Assembly (NCBI GenBank): GCA_965247295.1
Contig: CBDFGQ010000008.1
Span: 64,080-128,079 of the forward strand
Length of the DNA stretch: 64,000 nt
Source of the DNA: Dehalococcoidia bacterium
Lineage (GTDB): Bacteria; Chloroflexota; Dehalococcoidia; Lucifugimonadales; JAGWBF01
Direction of reading: 5' to 3'
Part shown: piece by piece, positions 37,550 through 48,553 of the stretch
How positions within the stretch are numbered: position 1 is the first letter of the stretch
Layout of the letters: each line of letters opens with the position of its first letter
Made by a program: the position numbers and the translations under genes
The notes under the pieces: model-generated
Databases searched by the model: none
Told to the model about the DNA's origin: nothing
Seen by the model: only the letters and a program-made list of their open reading frames with translations

Positions 37550-38587
37550 CTACTTTTTCTCTTTGCTGTCCCTGCCGCCTCTGTCTCTCCAGCCAAAGAG
37601 GCGGCTACGGGCACCGGGGTCGCCAAAGACTAGGGCAGACATGCTTTCAGTGGCCGACGGGACCCGAGAGTCCGGGGCGCCGTGCCGCGACGAATGCGTC
37701 ACCATGCCGGCAAGCCACCTGTTCCGGGCCACGACTGCGTCGGTGAAGATCTTATCCAGAGCTTCCAATTTGCCGTCGTCGTCGCCGGTCAGGATGCGGC
37801 GAATCTCGTATAGCTCGCGAATGAAGGTATCTATCCAGTGCACCAGCCCCGGATTGTCGCCGGCGAACACGTCTCGCTGGATGGTAGGGTCGCCCGAGGT
37901 CAGGCTGGTCTGGTCCCTGAACTGGGTGGAAGCCAGCTTGGCGATGTCATCCCAGGAAGGACTTTTGGAGGTGCAATTGACCAGGGCCACCGATAGCAGC
38001 AGCGGTAGGTGACTTACTGCGGATACGAAGCTGTCGTGCTCCTTCACGTCCATGAAGTAGGGCTTGGCGCCTATGGCCCGAATCACGTCCGTCAGCAGTC
38101 TTACGGCCTCCTGGCGAGTTCCGGTGGCTGGAATTATGCAATATGGCTTGTCCTTGAAGAGCGAGCCATCGGCTGCCTCCGGGCCGGAGCTCTCCTTGCT
38201 TACCATGGGATTTCCTCCCACGAAGCTCACGCTCCGGGGGAGGTACTGCTGGGCCCAGTCCAGGACGACAGACTTTGAGCCGCCCGTATCGGTTACCAGG
38301 CAGCCCTCGCGAAGACGGGAACTCATGGCCTGGAACACGTCTTTCATTGCCATTACAGGGGTAGCCACGATCACTAACTCGGCATCTTCCACCGCACTCG
38401 CCAGGCTTCCCACCGCCCTATCCACCGCTCCCATCCGATGTGCCTTCCCGGCATGGCCCCGCTCTCGGTCCGTGCCGACGATCTGGATATCTTTGATGCC
38501 GGCCTGCTTTATCGCAAGCCCCAGTGACGTACCGATGAGGCCCGTGCCGACTATCGCTACGTTATACAACCTGACCTCCTTAGACAT
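37550..38587 (-). CDS. tyrA: prephenate (arogenate) dehydrogenase
   Basis: Rossmann motif VAIVGTGLIGTSLGLAIKQAG and a catalytic-region FVGGNPMV (GGHPM-like). 345 aa. Confidence 0.85.
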   Translation of the reverse strand: MSKEVRLYNVAIVGTGLIGTSLGLAIKQAGIKDIQIVGTDRERGHAGKAHRMGAVDRAVGSLASAVEDAELVIVATPVMAMKDVFQAMSSRLREGCLVTDTGGSKSVVLDWAQQYLPRSVSFVGGNPMVSKESSGPEAADGSLFKDKPYCIIPATGTRQEAVRLLTDVIRAIGAKPYFMDVKEHDSFVSAVSHLPLLLSVALVNCTSKSPSWDDIAKLASTQFRDQTSLTSGDPTIQRDVFAGDNPGLVHWIDTFIRELYEIRRILTGDDDGKLEALDKIFTDAVVARNRWLAGMVTHSSRHGAPDSRVPSATESMSALVFGDPGARSRLFGWRDRGGRDSKEKK

Positions 38588-38617
38588 ACCGCCGGACTTA
38601 CCATCCGGTACAGCCAG

Positions 38618-39403
38618 CTAGAACTCATCCTCTTCTTCCTCCGGGGATGACTCTCCCGGTGGCGAATACGCTGAGTGTGGCAGGGTGACGTTCGGTTTCT
38701 TGGACTTGGTGCGCTGGCGTCTTGAGAGGGCCATGAGGCGCTCTTTCAGCGCCGCAAGCTCCTTGCGGGTGAGTGAGGTGGCGTCCACAACCAGCCCGTC
38801 GACTCCGATGTCCCTCAGAGCCTCCAGTTCGGCCGCCGTGGGGGCTCCGGATAGCTCCAGCAAGAGATATTTGCTGAACGCGCTCCGTACCGATCCTATG
38901 GTCATGAGATGTTCGACGGTCAGGGGCAGCTCCGCAGACTTGAGGGGCAGCAGTACGGCGTCCACGGGCAAGTCTTCTATAGCCCGGAGGTACCGTTCGT
39001 CCATGTCGGGCTCAATACACAGAACGTAGGCCGTATCGCCGTCTTCCAGAGCACTCAGCTGGGTCCCACCCGGTCCAAAGGCCAGGAAATCGCATTCCTT
39101 GTCCCTATATTGGGTTGCCTGTTCGGCGGTCAGTTCCCCGACTTTAATGCCCCAGGGGACGTCATTCAGTTTCGATGCCAGCTCCTTGACTACGGCTTCG
39201 ATATCCATTCCTTCAATGATCGCGCCATCGGCGCCGATCTTTGCCAGGGAGGTGGCCCCCTCGGAACGCCTCTTTGGCCCCGATATTGAGCCCAGTAGGG
39301 CCATGGGCGCCACTTTCTCGGGCCGTGCTGAGGCAGTACCGAACCCGAGGGAGTTGGTGGCTCCGCGATCGATCCTATCCAGCCTGTCTAGAAGCCTGCT
39401 CAC
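38618..39403 (-). CDS. hypothetical protein with an acidic C-terminal tail, first gene of the tyrA-aroA-gmk string
   Basis: 261-aa clean ORF with coding-like composition. I recognise no motif. It ends in SPEEEEDEF. Confidence 0.6.
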   Translation of the reverse strand: MSRLLDRLDRIDRGATNSLGFGTASARPEKVAPMALLGSISGPKRRSEGATSLAKIGADGAIIEGMDIEAVVKELASKLNDVPWGIKVGELTAEQATQYRDKECDFLAFGPGGTQLSALEDGDTAYVLCIEPDMDERYLRAIEDLPVDAVLLPLKSAELPLTVEHLMTIGSVRSAFSKYLLLELSGAPTAAELEALRDIGVDGLVVDATSLTRKELAALKERLMALSRRQRTKSKKPNVTLPHSAYSPPGESSPEEEEDEF

Positions 39404-39873
39404 TCGCTCCTTTTCAACGGGAGACTGGCCGGGCGAGACGCCTCTGTGACACGCCTCGCCGTGTATACGCCGTCAGTCCTGACTGGTTACATTATATCTG
39501 ACCTCGTGTTGCCCTGTCCAACGGCGCGCGATCGAGTGCGCTCACCGCAATCTTGTGCTCAGAGTCGCACCCATCGCGTGCCGAATGCAACGGGTATCCC
39601 GTGATGCCTATTACGGTACCAAGGCGGCATCAGGAATATGCTAATAGTTTAGTGAGTGATGATACACGGATGTGGGCTCACATGTTGGCGAAGGAGGCAG
39701 AGGAACGATACGGCAACTTTTGGGCGAGGTTGCGCCGGCCCTTGGGGAATTGGTGAAATGTGTTTCCATGGGGATCATAGCCGGGGTACTTCTCATTTCA
39801 CCGTGGGTGTAGCTTAAAAAGACATCGTTCTAGACCACCAGGGAGATGTCGTACCAGCGTATTGGGTGAGGGG

Positions 39874-39902
39874 TGTACAGGCCATTAAAGGGCGGGTATA
39901 AT
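39874..39902 (+). promoter_or_regulatory. candidate promoter (TGTACA-17-TATAAT) preceding a ~135-nt leader
   Basis: tgtacaggccattaaagggcgggtataat, with a perfect TATAAT at 39897-39902. Confidence 0.4.
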
Positions 39903-40037
39903 GCCGCTCGTGATGGGGCTCCCTGAAGCTGGTGAACGGTCGGGGGCGTCCGCAAGCCAGTAGGCCTGCCGCCAACAAGACTAGCTCTGGGACCACCGCT
40001 GGGTCCAGTACAGGAGGCCAAGCTGTCCTATCGCCAC

Positions 40038-40964
40038 GTGGCACTTCGCGGAAAGCTCACCTCGCTCAATCTGCCTCCCGCTCATGGGACCCTGGGGCTG
40101 ACTCTGATCGCGGTGGCCTGGCCCATTTCCTGGCTTCAGGTCTATCCCCTTAGCGAGTACTCTTTCTTTCCCCTCTGGCTGGGGTACATCCTCGTCGTCG
40201 ATTCCCTCGTTCTGTGGCGCAAAGGCACCTCACTACTGGTCCGTAATCCTCTGGGCTTCGTGGGGATGTTCCTGGCGTCGGTCCCTGCCTGGTGGGCCTT
40301 CGAGGGGATGAACTACTTTACTCAGAACTGGCACTATGTGGGCGCCGAGGAGTACTCTGCCCTCGAGTATGTCCTGGTAGCTTCGTGGCACTTCTCCGTA
40401 GTCGTGCCAGCCGTGCTGGAGACCGCGGAACTAGTGGGCTCCTTTAGCTTCGTGAGCCGGTTGCGACGAGGACCCGGCGTGCCGGTAACTCCTCGTTTCC
40501 TTAATGTCTTCATGGCGCTCGGGCTCCTGTTCATTTTCGTGGGGGCCCTCTGGCCCGACTATGCCTTCCCGGGTATCTGGGTATCGCTGTTCATAGTGCT
40601 CGACCCGATAAACTACCTTCGGGGCCGACCCAGCGTCCTGTCGTGGGTCGGTCGTGGGGACTGGAGGCTGGTGCTAGCACTGGGAATGGGGGCGCTGCTC
40701 TGTGGGTTGTTTTGGGAGATGTGGAACTACTGGGCCTTCCCGAAGTGGCACTACACCATCGCCTTTGTGGATTTCGCCCACATATTCGAGATGCCCTTGC
40801 TGGGTTATGGGGGCTATGTGCCGTTCGGGCTGGAGGTCTACGCTATTTACCACTTCCTGAGGGGCCTGGTAGGAGGGACTCCCGACGACTACGTGCGAAT
40901 CGTTGAGGTCCGTCACGTGCAACGGACTTCGGCTGGGGCCGTGGAGGTCGGTCCAGAGGATTGA
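40038..40964 (+). CDS. polytopic integral membrane protein, function unknown
   Basis: 308 aa with many hydrophobic segments (LTLIAVAWPISWL, FFPLWLGYILVV, FVGMFLASVPAWWAF...). The start codon is uncertain because AGGAGG lies 22 nt upstream of the GTG. Confidence 0.65.
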   Translation: MALRGKLTSLNLPPAHGTLGLTLIAVAWPISWLQVYPLSEYSFFPLWLGYILVVDSLVLWRKGTSLLVRNPLGFVGMFLASVPAWWAFEGMNYFTQNWHYVGAEEYSALEYVLVASWHFSVVVPAVLETAELVGSFSFVSRLRRGPGVPVTPRFLNVFMALGLLFIFVGALWPDYAFPGIWVSLFIVLDPINYLRGRPSVLSWVGRGDWRLVLALGMGALLCGLFWEMWNYWAFPKWHYTIAFVDFAHIFEMPLLGYGGYVPFGLEVYAIYHFLRGLVGGTPDDYVRIVEVRHVQRTSAGAVEVGPED

Positions 40965-41122
40965 CGCCGCCGGATGCCCACGGTCGCGTAAGTGTTGGAG
41001 TCCAAAGTGTGACTGGGGTCACTGACCCATGGACCGGCATGGGGTAAGATGGACTTTAAGAGGACCGATGTCGGGTGGGGGCCAGCGGCATCAGTAGGGC
41101 GAATTCGTCCTACTGACGCGAG

Positions 41123-41162
41123 CCGCGCAAAGGTCCAAGGTAGCCTTTGTGCGGCGGTTTTG
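41123..41162 (+). terminator. intrinsic terminator
   Basis: Stem CCGCGCAAAGG / CCTTTGTGCGG (one G-U pair), 10-nt loop, then CGGTTTTGTGT. It overlaps the track start of ORF 41147, which argues for a later start of the subtilase gene. Confidence 0.65.
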
Positions 41163-41215
41163 TGTCTATGAGGTTGCGCGAAATAAACAGAGACCTACGG
41201 GAAAGGCTGTCGACT

Positions 41216-44200
41216 ATGTCCGTCAGGTATGTCCTGGCTCTGGCCCTTTTCGCGCTGCTTTTATCGGTTTCTCCAGCTGTCCAAGGCCTTCTGGCCAGTA
41301 CCGGCTCCGCATCGCATGTTCAGGATGGACAGCTGGAGCCGCCGGAGGCACCAGCATCCAGTCCGTCCGTGGAGGCTTCGGCTCCCACTTGGCCCGAGTC
41401 CAGTCAACAGGTCCCCCAGCCGGCTGATCCGCCGTCCAGCCTCAATTTCCTGCTCAAGAGCGCCGGACAGGGTGCCGATGCCCCAAATGAAGAGACCCTC
41501 TTCTCGTACCGAATCCCGCTGAGCGGCAGCTCTCCTTCCTTTTGGGACGATCCCCCCAGCAGCCCGACGGTGGCCGTGGCCGAAGTAGATGGCGAGAGGT
41601 TCATTTCCATCTCACCGGGTCCCGAGGACCGGGTCAACGTCATAGTGCAGCTCAAAGACGAGCCGGTAGCGGTCAAGAAGGCACGGACGGCCGTGGTCCA
41701 GGTGAGTCAGGGCGCGGTCCATGCCCGCCAGGTTGTCCGCGACCACCAACAGAAAGTGCTTGAGACACAAGCCAGTGTGATGGCGTCCATGGCCGAAGAG
41801 GGTTTGTCATTCGCCATGAAGCAGTACTACTCCTACGCCTTTAACGGCGTTGCGGGTTCCGTGAAGGCAAAGGACATCCCGGCCCTCACCCAGCTTGCCC
41901 AGGTGCAGAAGGTGTATCGGGATTACGAGGTACACGTGACCCTCGACGATAGCGTCCCTCTAACAGGCTGCTGAAAAACTCTGAGGTCTACTCAGGACTC
42001 AAAGCGGGTCGACGATAAGCGACGCCACATTGCGCTTCCTGCACCAATAGCTCTAAACAAACTATGATATGACGGATATCGTTGGACTACTTGACGCTCC
42101 ACCCACCACGTCTGTACGCCTTGCCCTTTTTCCGCAGCCTGCTAATAGGTGCGCCGAACGTCTGGCAGCTCGATGACTCCCAAGGCCAGTCTGTAACCGG
42201 TAAGGGGACCGTCGTGGCCATCATAGACACCGGCGTGGACTATACCCACCCTGACCTGGGAGGATGCCTGGGACCCTCCTGCAGGGTCATAGGCGGGTAC
42301 GACTTCGTCAATAACGACGCCGATCCCATGGATGACATGGGCCATGGCACCCACGTGGCCGGCATCGTGGGCGCGCGAGGAGCCAGCACGGGCGTAGCCC
42401 CCGAGGTGAGCTTTCTGGCTTATAAGGTCCTGAGCAGCTCTGGCAGCGGGAGCTTTTCATCCGTCATCGCCGGCATAGAGCGGGCCACCGATCCCGATGG
42501 AGATCCAAACACGGACGATGCGGCAGATGTCATCAACCTCAGCCTGGGTGGTGCGGGCGACCCGGACGATCCCGTGAGTCAGGCGGTGGACGCCGCAACG
42601 GGCCTGGGAGTTACCGTGGTGATATCCGCGGGGAACAGCGGTTCCGGATACCAGACCATCGGCTCGCCTGGGGTAGCCCGCAGGGCAATTACGGTGGCTG
42701 CCACCACCAAGTCGGATGTCATCGCAGGGTTCAGCTCTCGGGGCCCGGTCCCCGGCGAGTGGGCCATGAAGCCCGATATCTGCGCTCCCGGGGTAAGCAT
42801 AGTCTCGGCGGTGCCTGCGGCGGGGGTACTGGGACATCCCTCCCGCTACCTGAGCCTCAGCGGGACCAGCATGTCCGCGCCCCACGTTGCGGGAGCGGCG
42901 GCGCTCCTGAAGCAGCTCCATCCTGCGTGGACGCCCGAGATGATCAAGGCCAACCTGATGAACACTGCCCTGGACCTGAGCTACGACGCATTCACCCAGG
43001 GTGCGGGGCGTATGCGCGTGTACAAGGCGACACAGGCGGGGGCTACCCTATCTCCCGGAAGCCTCAGCCTGGGCATGGACGACCTGACCCAGGAGATCTG
43101 GCAGGTCGACAGGACCCTGACCATCACCAACGTCTCTGACTCCGCACGGACCTACGCTATCTCGGTGGAACATGCCCTTCCCACTGGGGCCCTGGCCACG
43201 GCCGATACGGACTCGGTTACCCTGACTCCGGGCCAGTCCAAGCAGCTGCTGTTCCGACTCTCGGTGGACAACGGCGTCGTCCCCAACGCCCCCTCGGAGC
43301 CCTTCTCCTTCGAGGGTGCCGTGGTGGCCCGGTCCGGCGACGAGGCCCTGCGGGTCCCCTTCGCCTTCATCAAGAGCCCGGTGATCAACTTCACCTTCGA
43401 CGAGAATCCCTGGATCGTGTGGGTCCACGACAGGGCCGGAAAGTCCTACTTCAACGCTTTCCCTGGGACATCCCTCCAGCTTCCCGTGTCGACGGGCGGC
43501 ACCTACGCCGCGGTGGTCACCTACCGCGGCGTGGACACCCGGGTCTTTAAGGAAGGTATAGTGGTCCAGACCGGGGCCAACGTGACGGTGAGCAAGGCCG
43601 ACGCCATCCACGACGTCGCCATCTCCCCGGTGGATATCGAGGGCAAAGCCCTGTCCATTAGGTACGGTGGAGAGCTGGTGGAACACAAGGAGTCGGGACT
43701 GGGCCTGTACTTTATCTTCGGTTTTCCAACCCAGCGGCGTTTCTCCAACATCAGCAACGCCTATTCGTGGGAGTGGGGCGTGACCCGGAGCGCCATGAGC
43801 GTGGACCCGGTCTACGACTTCAACGGGTTCGCCAATGATGGCGTCACGGGCGACCTGCTCTTCCAGTTCCAGCCCGAGGACCTGAAGCACCTTGCCTTCG
43901 ACTACATCACTCCTCCGGGCCTCGAGAATCTCCTGGTACGCCATTGGCTCAGCAGCGGCCCCGTGGGTGCGGTTTCCTTCACCCTGTATCACACTCAAGA
44001 GACTAGTACACTTAAGGCGCCCTTCGTGCGAGACGTGTACTTCACGCCCAACCCCTATCCTGACTTTCCCTTTGGGTATTTCTATGAGGATGCATACCCC
44101 TTCGATGCGGCGACGGGCCAGGTTCTCTGGGACTCCCAGATGACGCAGACGCCCCACTTCGCGGCCAGGGACACCACCACCGTCGATGCCTACCTGTCGG

Positions 44201-47200
44201 GGGCACCCGATGACCCGGTGCTGACCACAGACTCCTCTCGTATGCCGGTGGCCCTGCCGCCACCTCACTGGTTCGGCCGCTTTACCAATACTGAGTCCAG
44301 TATAGACCTGCGTGCGTCCATAGGCTGGCAGGACTGGTTCTTCCTCAATCAGATGCAGGACTTGACCCCCGACCCGGACCTGCCCTTCGAGCTGCGCTTG
44401 GGTACCGGCGACCTGATCGCGTCCGGGGACCTCTATACCATGGGTGTCGTCTCGGCGGCTTCGGGGGACTACACCTTCAAAGCCACCTTCGACCAGTACT
44501 ATCTGGCGGGAACGGGGGGCCGGGCTACCGTCACGGCCGGATTTGATACTCGAGGCGTGGACAAGGACCCCCCGGCCATGCGTGACCTGAAGGTGCTGCT
44601 GGCTGGAGAGGCGTCCGATACGGTGGCTCCCACGGCCTCCGGCGAGGTCCGCGTGGCCTTCACCGAGGTCCTTCCGGCGCCGCCGAGCCTACGCTACAGC
44701 ACCGGCGATGGCGACGAGCTGAGCATTACCTGGAACGCGCTGCCGGTGAGCGACCTGGGCTCGGGAGATTACAGCGCCACCCTCCCGGTCCTGCCCAACA
44801 ACACCAACGTGTCCTTGAGTATCTATGCCGAGGATGCTTCGGGGAACTACCTACACTATCGCGTGCTCCCCGCCTTCGCCGTCGCCCTGAGCGTCCCCAG
44901 GCTTCTGTCGCCCCCCGACGGCTACCTTACGGGAGACCTTGACATAACCTTTAAATGGGAAGCGGTGCCGGGCGCCATAGCCTACCGCATTCAGATCGAC
45001 ACGGGTGGCGCCTTCAGCTCACCCAACCTGATAGACGCTGTCGTGACGGGCGACACCAGGTACACGGCCAGCCTTTCCAAAGGGGCCCACTACTGGTGGG
45101 TGCTGGCCCGGGACAGCCAGGACAACGAGAGCGCCTGGTCCACCGTGTGGCGGCTGACCGTAGCCGACACCGTGGTGCAGGTCACTGCCCATTCGGGATA
45201 CGACGCCAACCCCTCTATCATGCAGGCCAGCGATAGCACACTGTGGCTAGCTTGGATGGCCTGCAGGCCCCAGTGCGGGATCTGGTACAAGACCGGCGAC
45301 GCCTCTGGACTTGCGTGGTCTCCCGCGACCGAGCTCACGGCGGGCAGTACCTACGGCAATGATTCCCCATCCATTGCCCAGAGCACGGGGGGACGCATCT
45401 GGGTGGCGTGGCGCGCCCGGCGCGATACCAACCCTGGAGGCATCTGGAACAGAGACATCTTCCTGAAGACCAGCGACGACAACGGCGCCACCTGGTCCGC
45501 CGAGACCCAGCTCACCGTGCATACCGCCGATGACCACAGCCCCGCCATAACTGAAACCAACGACGGGAAGATCTGGCTGGTGTGGCACTCCGACCGGGAC
45601 GAAAATGATGACCTGTTCAATGATGACCTGTTCTACAGCACCAGCGACGATGGGGGCCTTACCTGGTCCGCCGATACTCAACTCACCGTCCACACCGGCA
45701 ATGACCGGTACCCCGCCATCGCCCAGATGGCCGATGGGAAGGTCTGGGTGGTGTGGTATGGCTGCCGCCCCCACTGCCAGGTGTGGTATAAGACGAGCTC
45801 CGACGGCGGCACCACCTGGTCCCAGGAGGCCAGGCTCACCCAGGGTTTCAGTATCGCGTACCCCGCCATCGCCCAGACCCCCGATGGGCGCGTCTGGGTG
45901 GCGTGGTACTCATATCAGGATACCAATCCCGCCGGCATTGGCAACTCCGACGTCTTCTACAAGTTCAGCGACGACAATGGGGCCAACTGGTCCCAGGACA
46001 TCCGGTTCACCCACCACCTTGGCGATGACTGGGACCCAGGTATCACACCCCTCTCCCCCGGTAACCTTGGCCTGATTTGGAGCTCCTCTCGGGCCGGCAA
46101 CTACGACATCTGGTACGGCATACCCGGCGTGCGGGAGGACGTGAGCCCCCCACCCGTAGTCCAGGCGGCCACCCACCTGCCCGCTCCCAACCCCGACGCC
46201 AACGATGTGGTCACCGTCACCGCCCGCGTTCTGGACGAGTCCGGTGTCGCCGGTGCGGCATTGGTCTGGACCGTGAATGATGTTGCCACGGCGGACCGCC
46301 CCATGTACGACGATGGCGCTAACGGGGACGGCCTGGCCGGAGATGGGACTTTCGCTGTCCAGATCGGCCCCTTCCCCGCCGGGACCCGGGTCTCCTACCA
46401 GGTACGGGGAACTGATATTGAGGGCAACTCCGTGGTGGATCCTCAGACGCCTAAGTCATTTGTGTCCCTGGAGCCCTTCGTAGGGACATCAAACATCCTG
46501 CTGGTGCTGGATGACAGTTCCCCTGGCATCGGCGATAGGTTCTACAAGGATGCGCTTGCAGACCTGGGGCTGCCCTTCGACTTCTGGGATGGGACTCTCA
46601 GGGGCTTTACAGATCTGACCACCCTGAACCAGTACCTGGGTGGAGTGGTGATATGGTCCATGCCCGACTTCGCCTTCCGGCTGAACGACGAATTCCCGGG
46701 GGTTGTGGCCGCTTACCTGGACGGCGGGGGGAGGCTGTTTGTCAGCGGGCAGAACGTGGACTTTTACATGAGATACAGCGGATTCTACCTGGACTACCTG
46801 CATGCAAACTTCGTTCAGGACGACACCAACGTCCTCGCCTTGAAGGGAGTAACGGGGGACCCCATCAGCGACGGCCTTAGATTCAACATCGCCGCGGGAG
46901 ACGGGGCCAACAACCAATTCGGGCCCAGCGAGATCGACCCCATCTCCCCTGCGGTGCCCGTGCTCCTCTATGATGAGACCGTCGTCCTAGCCGAGGGGGT
47001 GGCGCCCCAATCCCCTGACCACGAAAAGGAGGGAGTGACGGCCCCCTCCGACAACTCCGAGGGTGGGGTGGAGGCCTCCGCGATCCTCTCCAGCGGCACC
47101 GCCGCACTGCGGGTAGACACCGGCGTGTACAAGGTGGTGTATTTCGCCTTTGGCTTCGAGGCCATCAGCTCCCGGCAGCAGCGGGCCCTGGTGATGCAGG

Positions 47201-47649
47201 GTGTCCTGGACTGGCTTATCCAGGCGCCCACCAGTTCCATATCCGGCCGCGTGGACCTACAGTGGCGGTCCGACGACGCTGGGGCCCTGGTCTCCCTGGT
47301 GGGCACTGGGACCGGCGCGCTCACCAGTGCGAATGGGACCTTTGTGCTGGAGGGAGTTGCGGCGGGGACTTACAGTGTGGAGGTGACGCTACCCACCTAT
47401 CTCCCGGCCACAAGGACCGGTATAATCGTATCTGGCGGACAGGTGACGCAGCTGCCCACTGTGGTCCTGACGGGTGGTGACGTGACTCTGGATGGACGGG
47501 TTGATCAGGGCGACCTCGCCAGTCTGGTCCGCGACTTAAATGTGGTCGGAAGCGGGCCGGGTCGAGACCTGAACCAGGATGGGATGGTGGACCTCCTTGA
47601 CCTTGGCCGGGTAGGGCTCAACTTTGGCCTGGCGGAGAGCAGGTGGTAG
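41216..47649 (+). pseudogene. giant secreted subtilase (signal peptide, inhibitor-I9 propeptide, S8 catalytic domain, BNR/Asp-box propeller, regulatory-like beta domain, dockerin-like tail) interrupted by a MITE
   Basis: Signal peptide MSVRYVLALALFALLLSVSPAVQG. I9-like segment VNVIVQLKDEP...YSYAFNGVAGSV...VQKVYRDYEVHV. Catalytic triad blocks VAIIDTGVD, HGTHVAGIV and GTSMSAPHVAG. Asp-boxes SDDNGATWS, SDDGGLTWS, SSDGGTTWS and SDDNGANWS (45.2-46.1 kb). C-terminal DVTLDGRVDQGD...DLNQDGMVDLLD. The reading frame is broken at 41964-42145. Confidence 0.85.
41964..42141. mobile_element. 178-bp MITE (non-autonomous relative of the IS5-like element at 56949-58316)
   Basis: Ends CAGGCTGCTGAAAAACTCT... 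and ...TTTTTCCGCAGCCTG. CTAA target-site duplication at 41960-41963 and 42142-42145. No coding capacity. Confidence 0.85.
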
Positions 47650-48338
47650 CGAGCGCGGTGCCTGTCCCGCCCGTGGCCGCGGTACTTCTAGGCATCGTGG
47701 CCGTGTTTTTGATGGTATCGGCCTGTGGCCAGGATGCTACGCCTGCATCGTCGGCCGAACCTGAGGGTCAACTGACAACCCAGCCGGCAGCTACCCCCAC
47801 CCCTTCCCCCTCTCCTACGCCGACCCCGGCGCGTATGCCCACACCGACGGCCACCAGCACACCATCTCCCACGCCAACGGCTTCCCCGACCCCTGCTGTG
47901 ACGGTTACGCCCGTGCCCAGCCCCACGGATACGCCCTCCCCCCTCCCCCCTCCCGCCGTCACCCCATTCCCCATCTATGCCCCGGACATTTCTCCAACTC
48001 CACCCGCACCGGAGCCAACACCTGACACGGGAACCGTCACTCCGGGGCCCAGGCCAGCCGATGGCACGGAGGAGGTAGGCATGGAGGTACCAGAGGGGGC
48101 GCGTACGATCGTCGATCTGGCCAAAGAGAACCTGGCCAACAGGCTGGGGATCGAGCCGGAGCAGGTGAGTGTGGTGAGCGTCGAGTCTGTCAGCTGGCCG
48201 GATACGAGCCTGGGCAACCCCGAGCCCGGCATGATGTATGCTCAGGTGATCACTCCAGGGTACCTGCTGTTCCTCTCAGCCCAGGGGAAGCGCTACGAGT
48301 ACCATACCTCCACCAGCCATGCGATACCGATAAAGTAG
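47643..48338 (+). CDS. hypothetical lipoprotein with a Pro/Thr-rich linker
   Basis: LLGIVAVFLMVSAC-GQD lipobox-like signal, a TPTPSPSPTPTP linker and a ~90-aa C-terminal globular part. The exact start is uncertain. Confidence 0.6.
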   Translation: MVASAVPVPPVAAVLLGIVAVFLMVSACGQDATPASSAEPEGQLTTQPAATPTPSPSPTPTPARMPTPTATSTPSPTPTASPTPAVTVTPVPSPTDTPSPLPPPAVTPFPIYAPDISPTPPAPEPTPDTGTVTPGPRPADGTEEVGMEVPEGARTIVDLAKENLANRLGIEPEQVSVVSVESVSWPDTSLGNPEPGMMYAQVITPGYLLFLSAQGKRYEYHTSTSHAIPIK

Positions 48339-48553
48339 GCGGGTCTGCCTGCTGCCCGGAGACACTTTACTACTGCATCCCACTAGTCCACTGCAGACGA
48401 CGTTCACGGCCTTAACCCATCCCCGGGTTCCTAGACTTTGGGTGTGGTCACATTGAGTAGCGGCCTGCAAGGACCTATGATATCCTTCGTGATGTACGTC
48501 AGAGCCGGTCGGGCTGGCTTTGGTCGAGGCATTGAAGGAGGTGGACCGGGCCC

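Noticed and set aside
39553-39756. A 67-aa ORF in the 39.4-40.0 kb intergenic region.
   Set aside because: It has no RBS, no motif and atypical composition. It may be a small protein, but the evidence is insufficient.
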